Shown piece after piece: positions 32,850 to 41,111 of a DNA stretch of 45,318 bases; positions within the stretch are counted from its first letter, which is position 1, and each line of letters begins with the position of its first letter. This DNA is from Candidatus Scatousia excrementigallinarum (GTDB taxonomy: Bacteria; Cyanobacteriota; Vampirovibrionia; Gastranaerophilales; Gastranaerophilaceae): positions 1 through 45,318 of the forward strand of contig DVIU01000135.1 of assembly GCA_018711035.1 (NCBI GenBank), read 5' to 3'. Below the pieces are notes generated by a model. That model was not told the origin of the DNA and ran no database searches. It was given only the letters and a program-made list of their open reading frames with translations. Position numbers and translations under genes: made by a program.

Positions 32850-33791
32850 ATGTTTATTGAATTTGTAAAAGCTATAAATACATTTAATTCATTTCTTTTA
32901 GGATGGTCAAATCAGTTTATTGAAAAGTTGCCTGTTGCAGACTTTATTAAAGATGCGCTGATTGATAGTATTAATCTTATACCTTTTTTATTCGTAATAT
33001 TTTTCTTTATAGAAATATTTGAGATTTATTTTTCTAAAAAAATAAAACATCTCTCCAATCATTCAAAAATAAGCGGGCCTTTTCTGGGTGCATTAACAGC
33101 AATTGTACCTCAATGCGGTTTTTCTGTTATTGCGAGCACTCTTTATATCAATAAATTAATAACACGGGGAACACTTATTGCTGTGTATATTTCAACTTCA
33201 GATGAAGCCATTCCGGTTTTACTTGCACATCCGGAAATGATTAAATCTATTTTACCTATACTTGGAATAAAATTTTTACTCGCTGTTTTAACAGGCTATA
33301 CAGTTGATTTCTTGTTCAAACCATCAACAGATGAAAAAGAAGAAGAACTTGAATTTGAAGAACAAGGCTGCTGTAAACATGAAATTACAAATGACAGATT
33401 TAAAAAACGAGTACTGATTCTGCACCCGTTAAAACATACTGCTAATATTTTTATATTTATTTTTTTAGTCACACTTATATTAAACTTCATCCTGTTAAAA
33501 ACGCATGGGCATATTGAACAGGTATTTATGTATAATTCTCCGTTGCAGCCGGTTATATCCGCAATTATAGGGTTGATACCTAATTGTGCAATTTCTGTAC
33601 TGATTACAATGCTTTATATACAGCATGCAATCAGTTTTGGAGCCGTTATTGCAGGTCTTTCATCAAGTGCAGGTCTTGGACTGATTATACTGATGAGGAG
33701 AAATGACTCCGTAAAAGATACGCTTAAAATTTTAGCAATTCTTTTATCTGTTAGCATGCTATCAGGTTTAATCCTACAGATATTATTTTAA
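32850..33791 (+). CDS. Polytopic membrane protein, possibly the ArsP_2 / putative 10-TM heavy-metal exporter family
   Basis: 313-aa hydrophobic ORF with duplicated motif IVPQCGFSVIASTLY / LIPNCAISVLITMLY. A central acidic loop carries EEQGCCKHE. Family assignment is from memory and low-certainty. Confidence 0.5.
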   Translation: MFIEFVKAINTFNSFLLGWSNQFIEKLPVADFIKDALIDSINLIPFLFVIFFFIEIFEIYFSKKIKHLSNHSKISGPFLGALTAIVPQCGFSVIASTLYINKLITRGTLIAVYISTSDEAIPVLLAHPEMIKSILPILGIKFLLAVLTGYTVDFLFKPSTDEKEEELEFEEQGCCKHEITNDRFKKRVLILHPLKHTANIFIFIFLVTLILNFILLKTHGHIEQVFMYNSPLQPVISAIIGLIPNCAISVLITMLYIQHAISFGAVIAGLSSSAGLGLIILMRRNDSVKDTLKILAILLSVSMLSGLILQILF

Positions 33792-34352
33792 ACTGATATA
33801 CTTTTTGGCGCAGTCGAACATTGCATTAACAAGAGCAGCATTGGCATAAATATTCATACCGTTTGTCTCAAGAACATTTTTCATGCGTTTTTCCCACATG
33901 TTATAAACATCGTCCCTATTTAATTCCAGAACCTGAGCAATCATTGTAAGTTCTTTGTAATCAATAGGTATAGGAAGATTTCCTCTGAGAATATCCACAA
34001 TTTCAAGTCTTTTCTTACGCGGGAAAGCTTTTAAAAAGTTAACAACCGACATTTTTTTATGTTTCATCTCTGCTTGCAGATACTCCACAAAATCATCAAT
34101 AACCCTCGGTTCTTGCGGAATTTTATATTCTTCAAATTCTTCCGGTTCGATTTCCATTACTGTTGCAATTCTTTCAAGAGTAGTTCCCCTTGTTGAAAAC
34201 GGAATTGTATCATCAATAAGGTTATAAACGTAAGAAAGCGTTACTCCAATCATTTCAGCAAAATCTTTTTTATGCAGGCCGTTTTTTTCAAGGAATTTTG
34301 CAACCTTTTCTGAACTCTTTTCCTGTATAATTGGTTTGTCTTTAGATTTCAT
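33783..34352 (-). CDS. XRE-type helix-turn-helix protein with a second HTH-like half
   Basis: HTH LHKKDFAEMIGVTLSYVYNLIDD. ATG 34352 (MKSKDKP...) has GAGGA 7 nt upstream and is preferred over 34379. The 3' end overlaps the convergent upstream gene by 9 nt. Confidence 0.6.
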   Translation of the reverse strand: MKSKDKPIIQEKSSEKVAKFLEKNGLHKKDFAEMIGVTLSYVYNLIDDTIPFSTRGTTLERIATVMEIEPEEFEEYKIPQEPRVIDDFVEYLQAEMKHKKMSVVNFLKAFPRKKRLEIVDILRGNLPIPIDYKELTMIAQVLELNRDDVYNMWEKRMKNVLETNGMNIYANAALVNAMFDCAKKYISLK

Positions 34353-34481
34353 GTTATCATCCTCACAAATTAAATTCATTATTAAGGTAAAACTTTCTTA
34401 TCATTTTGTTAAGCGAAGACATGGTAAACAAGGGCGGTAATCTTTATTTAGGTTAAAATAATAAATATAAAAGGTAGATGT

Positions 34482-35039
34482 ATGAAACTTATAACAGGAT
34501 TAGGAAATATCGGGGATAAATACTGTATGACACGCCATAATGCGGGTTTTATGGTACTTGACAGATGGGCTTTTACAGAAGGCTTTACATTTAAACAGGA
34601 TAATAAATTAAAAGCCTGTATCTCAAAAATCAAATATAACGGTGAGGATATTCTTTTTGCCAAACCAACAACATTTATGAATTTATCAGGAGAGGCAGTC
34701 AGAACAATTATGGATTATTATAAAATTGATACAACTGATTTACTGATAATTTATGATGATATCGCACTGGATTTAGGCAGAATAAGATATCGCGCAAACG
34801 GTTCTGACGGAGGACACAACGGAATTAAATCCATAATAAAACATACAGGAACAAAAAATTTTGTAAGATTAAAAATCGGAATCGGGCCGCAGCCAAATAT
34901 TCCTTCTGAAAATTATGTTTTGCAGAATTTTTCAAAAGAACAGCTTGGTGAGCTAAAAGAGGTTCTGGACAGAGCAATAGAGTCAGTAAAATTTTATATT
35001 GAAAACGGGATTGAAAAAACTCAAAACAAATATAATTAG
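34482..35039 (+). CDS. pth: Peptidyl-tRNA hydrolase
   Basis: MKLITGLGNIGDKYCMTRHNAGFMVLD, FMNLSGEAV and GGHNGIKSI are Pth signatures. Confidence 0.92.
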   Translation: MKLITGLGNIGDKYCMTRHNAGFMVLDRWAFTEGFTFKQDNKLKACISKIKYNGEDILFAKPTTFMNLSGEAVRTIMDYYKIDTTDLLIIYDDIALDLGRIRYRANGSDGGHNGIKSIIKHTGTKNFVRLKIGIGPQPNIPSENYVLQNFSKEQLGELKEVLDRAIESVKFYIENGIEKTQNKYN

Positions 35040-35102
35040 CCGAATCGGATAAGACACCGGGCATTTTTTATATATAATAAATAAAAAAGGAGTATAAATA
35101 TA

Positions 35103-36503
35103 ATGAGCTTACAATTAGCAGAACAATATGAAGAAAACGAACAGTACGATAAAGCGTATGAAGAATATAAAAAGTCTTACGAATCAAATCCGAAAGATTT
35201 AGGTGTTCTGGAAAGACTCGGGCACATCGCAATGATGCTTAATAAAAAAGATGAGGCGTCCGAATATTACTCTGCAATTCTTGAAATGGATGCGACGAAT
35301 GTAATGGCATACGAACAGCTTATGGATATTTACGTAGCTTCTGATAAATACAAATATTATATTTATCGAGGAAATATGCATTCTGTAATGCACCAGCCTG
35401 AACATGCCATTAATGATTTTAAAAAAGCACTTAATCATGCAATGGATAATGAAGAAGCTCAATGTTCAACAAGATTTGTTCTGGGAGCACTGTATGAACA
35501 AACCGGAAACACAACTAAAGCAATAGATGAATATCTTAAAGTTCTGGATTACGACCATACTCATGAGGAAGTTTATTTGAAACTTGCAAATCTTTATATG
35601 ATTGAAAATGCTCCGGCAAGTGCTATAGAAACTTTAGAACGCGCCAGAAAAGAGGGATTTGACACCGACAATATAAAAGAACAGCTTGCTCAGATGTATC
35701 TGAAAAATAATCAGCCGGAGCTTGCAAAAGATATTACCAACAATGACTTAATGAGAATAAAATGCCTTCTCGCTTCCGGCGACAAAGATACAGCTTATGA
35801 AGAAATAAAGAAAGCCGGTGAAAAATACAAAGGTAATGCAGATTTCTACGTAATTAAGGCTCAATATTATTACGAAAATAAAGAATATGATAAGGCACTG
35901 GAAAATGTTGAAGAATACGATAAATTTCAACCGAATACCGCTCTCGGATTCCAGATGAAAGCATTAATTTATGAAGGAAAACATGACGAATATAAGGCAT
36001 ACCTTAACTGGGGTAAATATAACCTCGCCCGCGGAAATAAAGATATTGCCGTAAATGATTTTCTTAATGCTTATCAGCTTAATGAAAACGACGCAGATTT
36101 AGTTCATTCTCTTGCAATTCTTCTCGAAAGCACAGGTGAAAAAAATCACGCTGTTGAATTTTACGAAAAATTGTATAAACTAGAACCATCAAATAAAACT
36201 GCATTACAAAAACTGGCGGATTTCAGAGAAAGTATAGGAGACTATGCTACACAGGCAGAATATCTTGAAAAACTCTTAGAAACAGATAAACGCAATACCG
36301 GTTTGATGAAACAGCTTGGTGAGATTCATGAAAAATTAAGAAATAAGCCGGAAGCCGTAAAGTATTATCAAAAATATATATCAATAGCACCTGACACACC
36401 GGAAACAGAAAAAATAAGACATAAACTAGCTAAGTTGGAAAATACTGAAATTGAACAGGAAGAAGGGCTCATTGATAAAATAATGAAATTTTTTAATAAC
36501 TAA
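35103..36503 (+). CDS. Tetratricopeptide (TPR) repeat protein
   Basis: 466-aa ORF made of repeated ~34-aa A/Y/L-patterned helical units (e.g. YDKAYEEYKKSYESNPKD, AIDEYLKVLDYDHTH, AVEFYEKLYKLEPSN). Confidence 0.8.
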   Translation: MSLQLAEQYEENEQYDKAYEEYKKSYESNPKDLGVLERLGHIAMMLNKKDEASEYYSAILEMDATNVMAYEQLMDIYVASDKYKYYIYRGNMHSVMHQPEHAINDFKKALNHAMDNEEAQCSTRFVLGALYEQTGNTTKAIDEYLKVLDYDHTHEEVYLKLANLYMIENAPASAIETLERARKEGFDTDNIKEQLAQMYLKNNQPELAKDITNNDLMRIKCLLASGDKDTAYEEIKKAGEKYKGNADFYVIKAQYYYENKEYDKALENVEEYDKFQPNTALGFQMKALIYEGKHDEYKAYLNWGKYNLARGNKDIAVNDFLNAYQLNENDADLVHSLAILLESTGEKNHAVEFYEKLYKLEPSNKTALQKLADFRESIGDYATQAEYLEKLLETDKRNTGLMKQLGEIHEKLRNKPEAVKYYQKYISIAPDTPETEKIRHKLAKLENTEIEQEEGLIDKIMKFFNN

Positions 36504-36508
36504 AAAAC

Positions 36509-37723
36509 TTAAAATAAACCACTAATCATACTACCATACAACTGAAAAAAGGCAACGACAATATAACCAACAACAATACCAATTATCACAGTCAATGCAG
36601 GTTCAAAAGCCTTAGCAAGAGCATTTGTAACCATATCAAGCTTCTTGTCAATACCAATAGCTATATCCCGAAACATTTGGCCTAATCGTCCGCTCTTTTC
36701 TCCTGTAACGATTAATGTATTAAACACAGGAGGCAAAAGTTCTGTTCTTACAAAAGATTGAGAAAGCATTTCACCTTTTGTAACTAAGTTTCTTGACATT
36801 TCAGCCCCTTTTTTTATTTGAGAATTTGAAATTGTACTAATAGCAAGTTCAAGAGAAGAAACTATAGTCAATCCAGATTCATAAGACACATTTAAAACCG
36901 TAAAAAAAGATGAAAGATTTATATATCTCACAAAATCACAAACGAGCGGAATTTTTAAAAGTGTTTCATCCGCAAATTTTTTAACTGCACTTTGCTCCCA
37001 AATTTGCACCAGAGCAAATATACCGGCCGCAAGTGCAACTAGGAGAATCATCCAGTAATTAAATATAAACTTGCATGTGCCCACAACAAACTTAACAGTC
37101 AATGGAATTGCATTCTCAGATATGTTGGCACCGTTTATAAATGCAGGAAAAATAAAAACTCCGCACAGTACAAAAACAACTGCCAGAATTGCTACCGTAA
37201 TTGCCGGATAAACAGACATGCTTAAAACCCGGGATTTCAAATCATCTTCTTTCCTTAGAATAGATAACATATATTCCAGCGTTTTTTCCAAAGTTCCAGA
37301 TTCCTCACCAGCAGAACAAAGTCCGTTATATACCGGCCCGAATACTTTTGTATAATTTTGTAATGCTTGAGAAAGAGTATGCCCTTGCATTATTTTTTCT
37401 TTTAAATCCCGAGCAAGAAGCTTAATTTTTGGTTTATGCGCATGTTCTTCAACTGTCTCAAGAGCTTCTACAACAGGTATCCCTGATGCAACCATAACCT
37501 GTAATTCTGATGTAAAAAAAATCTTTTCGCTTAAACTCAGATGACTAATCTTAGCTGGAGTCGTTTCCACAGCAGGCTTTTCAAAAGTTTCTTCGTAAAT
37601 ATTTGTAGGTAAAAACCCCAAACCGCGCACCTTTTCACGTGCTTCACGGGACGACTCAGCTTCAACGTAGCCTTTAACTTCCGTTTTATTATCCTTTAAA
37701 GCCTTATAAAAAAACTTTGCCAT
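36509..37723 (-). CDS. pilC: Type II secretion / type IV pilus platform protein (GspF/PilC family)
   Basis: 404 aa with two GspF-type repeats (LSEKIFFTSELQVMVASGIPVVEAL ... ; FTVLNVSYESGLTIVSSLEL...) and three TM segments. No pilB/pilT/pilin genes are adjacent. Confidence 0.8.
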   Translation of the reverse strand: MAKFFYKALKDNKTEVKGYVEAESSREAREKVRGLGFLPTNIYEETFEKPAVETTPAKISHLSLSEKIFFTSELQVMVASGIPVVEALETVEEHAHKPKIKLLARDLKEKIMQGHTLSQALQNYTKVFGPVYNGLCSAGEESGTLEKTLEYMLSILRKEDDLKSRVLSMSVYPAITVAILAVVFVLCGVFIFPAFINGANISENAIPLTVKFVVGTCKFIFNYWMILLVALAAGIFALVQIWEQSAVKKFADETLLKIPLVCDFVRYINLSSFFTVLNVSYESGLTIVSSLELAISTISNSQIKKGAEMSRNLVTKGEMLSQSFVRTELLPPVFNTLIVTGEKSGRLGQMFRDIAIGIDKKLDMVTNALAKAFEPALTVIIGIVVGYIVVAFFQLYGSMISGLF

Positions 37724-37737
37724 TCCAACCCTTTATT

Positions 37738-37771
37738 TAAAAAAGAGCCGAAATTTTTAAAATCGGCTCTT
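37738..37771 (-). terminator. Rho-independent terminator after clpC
   Basis: Minus strand: agagccga / 11-nt loop / tcggctct followed by tttttt. It lies only ~15 nt upstream of the pilC start. Confidence 0.75.
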
Positions 37772-37781
37772 AGAAAATATT

Positions 37782-40277
37782 TTACTCTGCTGTAACTTCT
37801 TCTTTTGCTTTTGATTTTTTCTTAGCAGCCTTTTCAAAAGCTATTTTGTCATCAACTAGAGTTATTCTAATCGTATCCCCCGGAGCATATTTTCCTGAAA
37901 GAATTTCCTCAGCAAGATTATCCTCAATCTTACGCTGAATTAGTCTTCTCAGCGGTCTGGCACCGTAAGCTTCAGAGTATCCGTTCTTAGCCAGATGGTC
38001 TTTTACTTCATCTGTAACCTCAACAGACAATTCTCTTTCTGCAAGACGTTTGAACAAGTCTTTTAACATTAAATCAACAATTTGTCTGATTTCTTCCTGA
38101 GTCAGATGAGCAAATACGATTGTTTCATCAATACGGTTCAAGAACTCAGGTCTGAAGGCTTTTTTCATTTCTTCAGTAACTGTTTCTTTGAGTTTTTCGT
38201 ACTTATCTTTAGATTCATCATCAGAAGTTGAGAAGCCGAGTTTTGAAGTTGTTGTAATCATGCTTGCTCCAACGTTAGAAGTCATGATAATGATTGTATT
38301 TTTGAAGTTTATGTGGCGTCCTTTAGAATCGGTTAAACGACCGTCGTCAAGGATTTGCAGCATAATATTAAACACATCAGGGTGAGCTTTTTCTATTTCA
38401 TCAAAAAGCACAACCGAATATGGTTTCTTTCTAATAAGTTCAGTCAAATGACCTCCGTCATCATAACCAACATATCCGGGAGGAGAACCGATAAGTTTTG
38501 CAGTTGAATGTTTTTCCATAAATTCAGACATATCAACTCTTATCATATTATCTTCAGAGCCAAACACGGCTTCAGCAAGGGCCTTAGCCAGCTCGGTTTT
38601 ACCAACACCGGTAGGGCCGCAGAAGATAAAGCTTCCGATAGGTCTGTTAGGACTTTTCAAACCGACTCTTGCGCGTCTGATTGCTTTAGAAATAGCAACA
38701 ACAGCATCATTTTGACCGATAACTCTTGCGTGAAGGGTTTCTTCCAGCTTGAGAAGTCTTTCACTTTCACCTTCAGTGAGCTTTGTAACAGGAACACCTG
38801 TCATTGTTGCAATAACTTCTGCAACGTTTTCGGCTGTAACGGTAGGTTTATTAGCTTCATGCTCTTCCCTGTATTTTTGAGCCATCTCACGAATTCTGTC
38901 TTTCAAATCAGCTTCATCATCACGAAGTTGAGAAGCTTTCTCAAATTCCTGATTTCTGATAGCTTCTTCTTTTTCTTTAATCAGGTCACGTAATTCTTTT
39001 TCAAGTTCTTTACCTTCCGGAGAAAGAGTGGAAACTTTCAAACGAACTTTTGAAGAAGCTTCATCGATGACGTCAATAGCTTTGTCCGGTAAAAATCTGT
39101 CTGTTATGTATTTACTTGACAATTTAACAGATGCAACGATTGCATCATCAGAAATAAGAAGTTTGTGGTGGTCTTCGTATTTAGGTTTCAAACCTTTAAT
39201 AATTTCAATTGATTCATCAATTGTAGGTTCTTCAATAATAACAGATTGGAAACGTCTTTCAAGAGCTGAGTCTTTTTCAACGTATTTTCTGTATTCATCA
39301 AGAGTAGTTGCACCGATTACCTGAATTTCACCTCTTGATAAAGCCGGTTTTAAAATGTTTGCAGCATCAATAGCACCTTCTGCTGCACCGGCACCTATAA
39401 GAGTATGCATTTCATCGATAACAAGAATAATATTTCCTGCCTGACGAATTTCATCCATAATTTTCTTTAAGCGTTCTTCAAATTCACCACGGTATTTAGT
39501 ACCGGCAACAAGCAAGCCCATGTCAAGCTGGATTACTTTTTTACCGTCGAGAATATCCGGAACTTCAGCATTGACAATTCTAATAGCAAGCCCTTCAGCG
39601 ACAGCGGTTTTACCAACCCCAGGTTCGCCTATTAATACAGGATTATTTTTAGTACGTCTTGCAAGAATTTGAATAACACGTTCAATTTCTTTTTCTCTTC
39701 CAACAACAGGGTCTAATCTCAATTCTTGAGCAGCAAGAGTTAAGTCTCTGCCAAATTCATCAAGGCTAGGAGTTTTAGTTTTTCCCCCGCCGGAAGAAGA
39801 CGAAGATGAGCCTGAGGAACCGGCAGTTGCGGTTTGAGGTTTAGACTCTCCGAGCATTTTTACGACATTGCTTCTAATTTTATTCAAATCAACACCGAGA
39901 TTTTCAAGAACTCTTGCGGCAACGCCTTCACCTTCACGGATTAAGCCCAAAAGCAGATGTTCGGTTCCTATATAGTTATGCCCCAACTGTCTTGCTTCAT
40001 CCCAGGACAATTCAAGCACTCTTTTTGCACGCGGAGTAAATGGGATTTCTACAGCAACAAACCCCGAGCCGCGGCCAATTATTTTTTCAACTTCTGCTCT
40101 GGCATCTTTGAGTGTAACTCCCATTGATTTAAGAGTTTTCGCAGCAACACCGGTACCTTCACCGATTAACCCGAGCAATACCTGTTCGGTTCCGACGAAA
40201 TTGTGTCCGAGCCTGCGTGCTTCCTCTTGAGCCAGCATTATAACCTTAATGGCTTTTTCCGTAAAACGTTCAAACAT
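37782..40277 (-). CDS. clpC: ATP-dependent Clp protease ATP-binding subunit ClpC (class I AAA+)
   Basis: Double Clp_N repeat ([41 protein letters not shown]...), two Walker A sites ([18 protein letters not shown]) and a UVR-like middle motif ([19 protein letters not shown]). The N-terminus is very close to cyanobacterial/plastid ClpC as I remember it. SD AGGAG. Confidence 0.93.
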   Translation of the reverse strand: MFERFTEKAIKVIMLAQEEARRLGHNFVGTEQVLLGLIGEGTGVAAKTLKSMGVTLKDARAEVEKIIGRGSGFVAVEIPFTPRAKRVLELSWDEARQLGHNYIGTEHLLLGLIREGEGVAARVLENLGVDLNKIRSNVVKMLGESKPQTATAGSSGSSSSSSGGGKTKTPSLDEFGRDLTLAAQELRLDPVVGREKEIERVIQILARRTKNNPVLIGEPGVGKTAVAEGLAIRIVNAEVPDILDGKKVIQLDMGLLVAGTKYRGEFEERLKKIMDEIRQAGNIILVIDEMHTLIGAGAAEGAIDAANILKPALSRGEIQVIGATTLDEYRKYVEKDSALERRFQSVIIEEPTIDESIEIIKGLKPKYEDHHKLLISDDAIVASVKLSSKYITDRFLPDKAIDVIDEASSKVRLKVSTLSPEGKELEKELRDLIKEKEEAIRNQEFEKASQLRDDEADLKDRIREMAQKYREEHEANKPTVTAENVAEVIATMTGVPVTKLTEGESERLLKLEETLHARVIGQNDAVVAISKAIRRARVGLKSPNRPIGSFIFCGPTGVGKTELAKALAEAVFGSEDNMIRVDMSEFMEKHSTAKLIGSPPGYVGYDDGGHLTELIRKKPYSVVLFDEIEKAHPDVFNIMLQILDDGRLTDSKGRHINFKNTIIIMTSNVGASMITTTSKLGFSTSDDESKDKYEKLKETVTEEMKKAFRPEFLNRIDETIVFAHLTQEEIRQIVDLMLKDLFKRLAERELSVEVTDEVKDHLAKNGYSEAYGARPLRRLIQRKIEDNLAEEILSGKYAPGDTIRITLVDDKIAFEKAAKKKSKAKEEVTAE

Positions 40278-40310
40278 TAATTAGCTCCTATCTCTACTTA
40301 TATGATATAT

Positions 40311-40339
40311 ATTTTACATAAAAAACAAAAAACTTTCAA
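40311..40339 (-). promoter_or_regulatory. Candidate clpC promoter (TTGAAA-N17-TAAAAT on the minus strand)
   Basis: Reverse complement of 40334-40339 is TTGAAA and of 40311-40316 is TAAAAT, with 17-nt spacing, about 30 nt upstream of the clpC SD. Confidence 0.5.
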
Positions 40340-40436
40340 GGGGGCAAATGTATATTAGAAACTATAGAAAAATACGATTAAACATTGGAAAACCGAGGGA
40401 ATATTATTTGAAATTTTACTAAATATAAAAAAACTA

Positions 40437-40465
40437 TTGACAATAAATTTTGTTTTGGTACTATA
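40437..40465 (+). promoter_or_regulatory. Strong sigma70-type promoter upstream of tRNA-Glu (TTGACA, -10 region ACTATAGAAT)
   Basis: ctattgacaataaattttgttttggta is nearly identical to the tRNA-Lys promoter module at 32594-32622. Confidence 0.6.
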
Positions 40466-40523
40466 GAATACGTGAGAGGGGCAACCCCAAGAGAGGAAGT
40501 AAAAAAAACTTCTCAATATACAG

Positions 40524-40599
40524 GCTCCCATCGTCTAGAGGCCTAGGACAACACCCTTTCACGGTGTAGACGGGGATTCGAATTCCCCTGGGAGTACCA
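40524..40599 (+). tRNA. tRNA-Glu (anticodon UUC), CCA encoded
   Basis: Manual cloverleaf. Acceptor gctccca/tgggagt (G1-U72 wobble), D region tcgtctagaggcctaggac as in bacterial tRNA-Glu, anticodon stem-loop acacc-ctTTCac-ggtgt, T arm gggga-ttcgaat-tcccc, then A-CCA. Confidence 0.9.
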
Positions 40600-40605
40600 T
40601 TTATT

Positions 40606-40630
40606 AAGCGGCTTATATGCCGCTTTTTTA
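40606..40630 (+). terminator. Rho-independent terminator after tRNA-Glu
   Basis: aagcggc / ttatat / gccgctt followed by tttt. Confidence 0.8.
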
Positions 40631-40656
40631 GTGTTTTTATAATTTGTTACATAGGC

Positions 40657-40685
40657 TTGAAAAAATATTACAAAAGTAGTATAAT
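40657..40685 (+). promoter_or_regulatory. Near-consensus sigma70 promoter (TTGAAA-N17-TATAAT) for the SprA-related gene
   Basis: TTGAAA at 40657-40662 and TATAAT at 40680-40685, with exact 17-nt spacing. Confidence 0.65.
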
Positions 40686-40712
40686 AAATTCGGATTTGTA
40701 GTGAGGTTAGAT

Positions 40713-41111
40713 ATGATTAGAAGTGTAAGTTTTGGAAGTCTTTATTCAAATTTTCTGCAACAGAATAATAATCAACAGAAACAAGACCTGATTAATAAAA
40801 ATTACAGTGAAATCTATGCTCACGAACAGGCCCATAAGTCTGCCGGAGGGGCTTTGGCAGGCTCTATAGTAATAGAGAAGAATGCTGACGGGATTCCCGT
40901 AGGAGGACATGTGGATATTAAAATGCCGACATTAAATCCTGACAATCCGCAAAAAACTATTGATGAAGCAAATATAGTTATCCGGTCTGCAATGGCACCG
41001 GGGGATCCTTCTCCGCAAGATTATAAAGTTGCAGCCAAAGCAAGAGAGATTAAAGCTCAGGCTCAAAGTATGCTTACAACCCGCGGACGCAAGCTTAATG
41101 TAATGGGTTAA
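40713..41111 (+). CDS. SprA-related family protein (putative small metalloprotease, HEQAH motif)
   Basis: YAHEQAHKSAGGALAGSIVIEKNADGIPVGGHVDIKMP...DPQKTIDEANIVIRSAMAPGDPSPQDYKVAAKAREIKAQA matches the SprA-related (PF12118-type) pattern I recall. ATG 40713 with GAGG upstream is preferred, because the tracked GTG at 40701 would lie at or before the predicted transcription start. Confidence 0.65.
   Translation: MIRSVSFGSLYSNFLQQNNNQQKQDLINKNYSEIYAHEQAHKSAGGALAGSIVIEKNADGIPVGGHVDIKMPTLNPDNPQKTIDEANIVIRSAMAPGDPSPQDYKVAAKAREIKAQAQSMLTTRGRKLNVMG

Noticed and set aside
32743-34379. tRNA-Lys as the integration site of a genomic island (followed by a metal-exporter-like gene and an XRE regulator)
   Set aside because: There is no integrase, no direct repeat of the tRNA 3' end downstream that I could find, and pth/TPR housekeeping genes follow immediately.
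34448-34663. 71-aa minus-strand ORF overlapping the pth start
   Set aside because: It lies antisense to the highly conserved pth N-terminus and has no SD.
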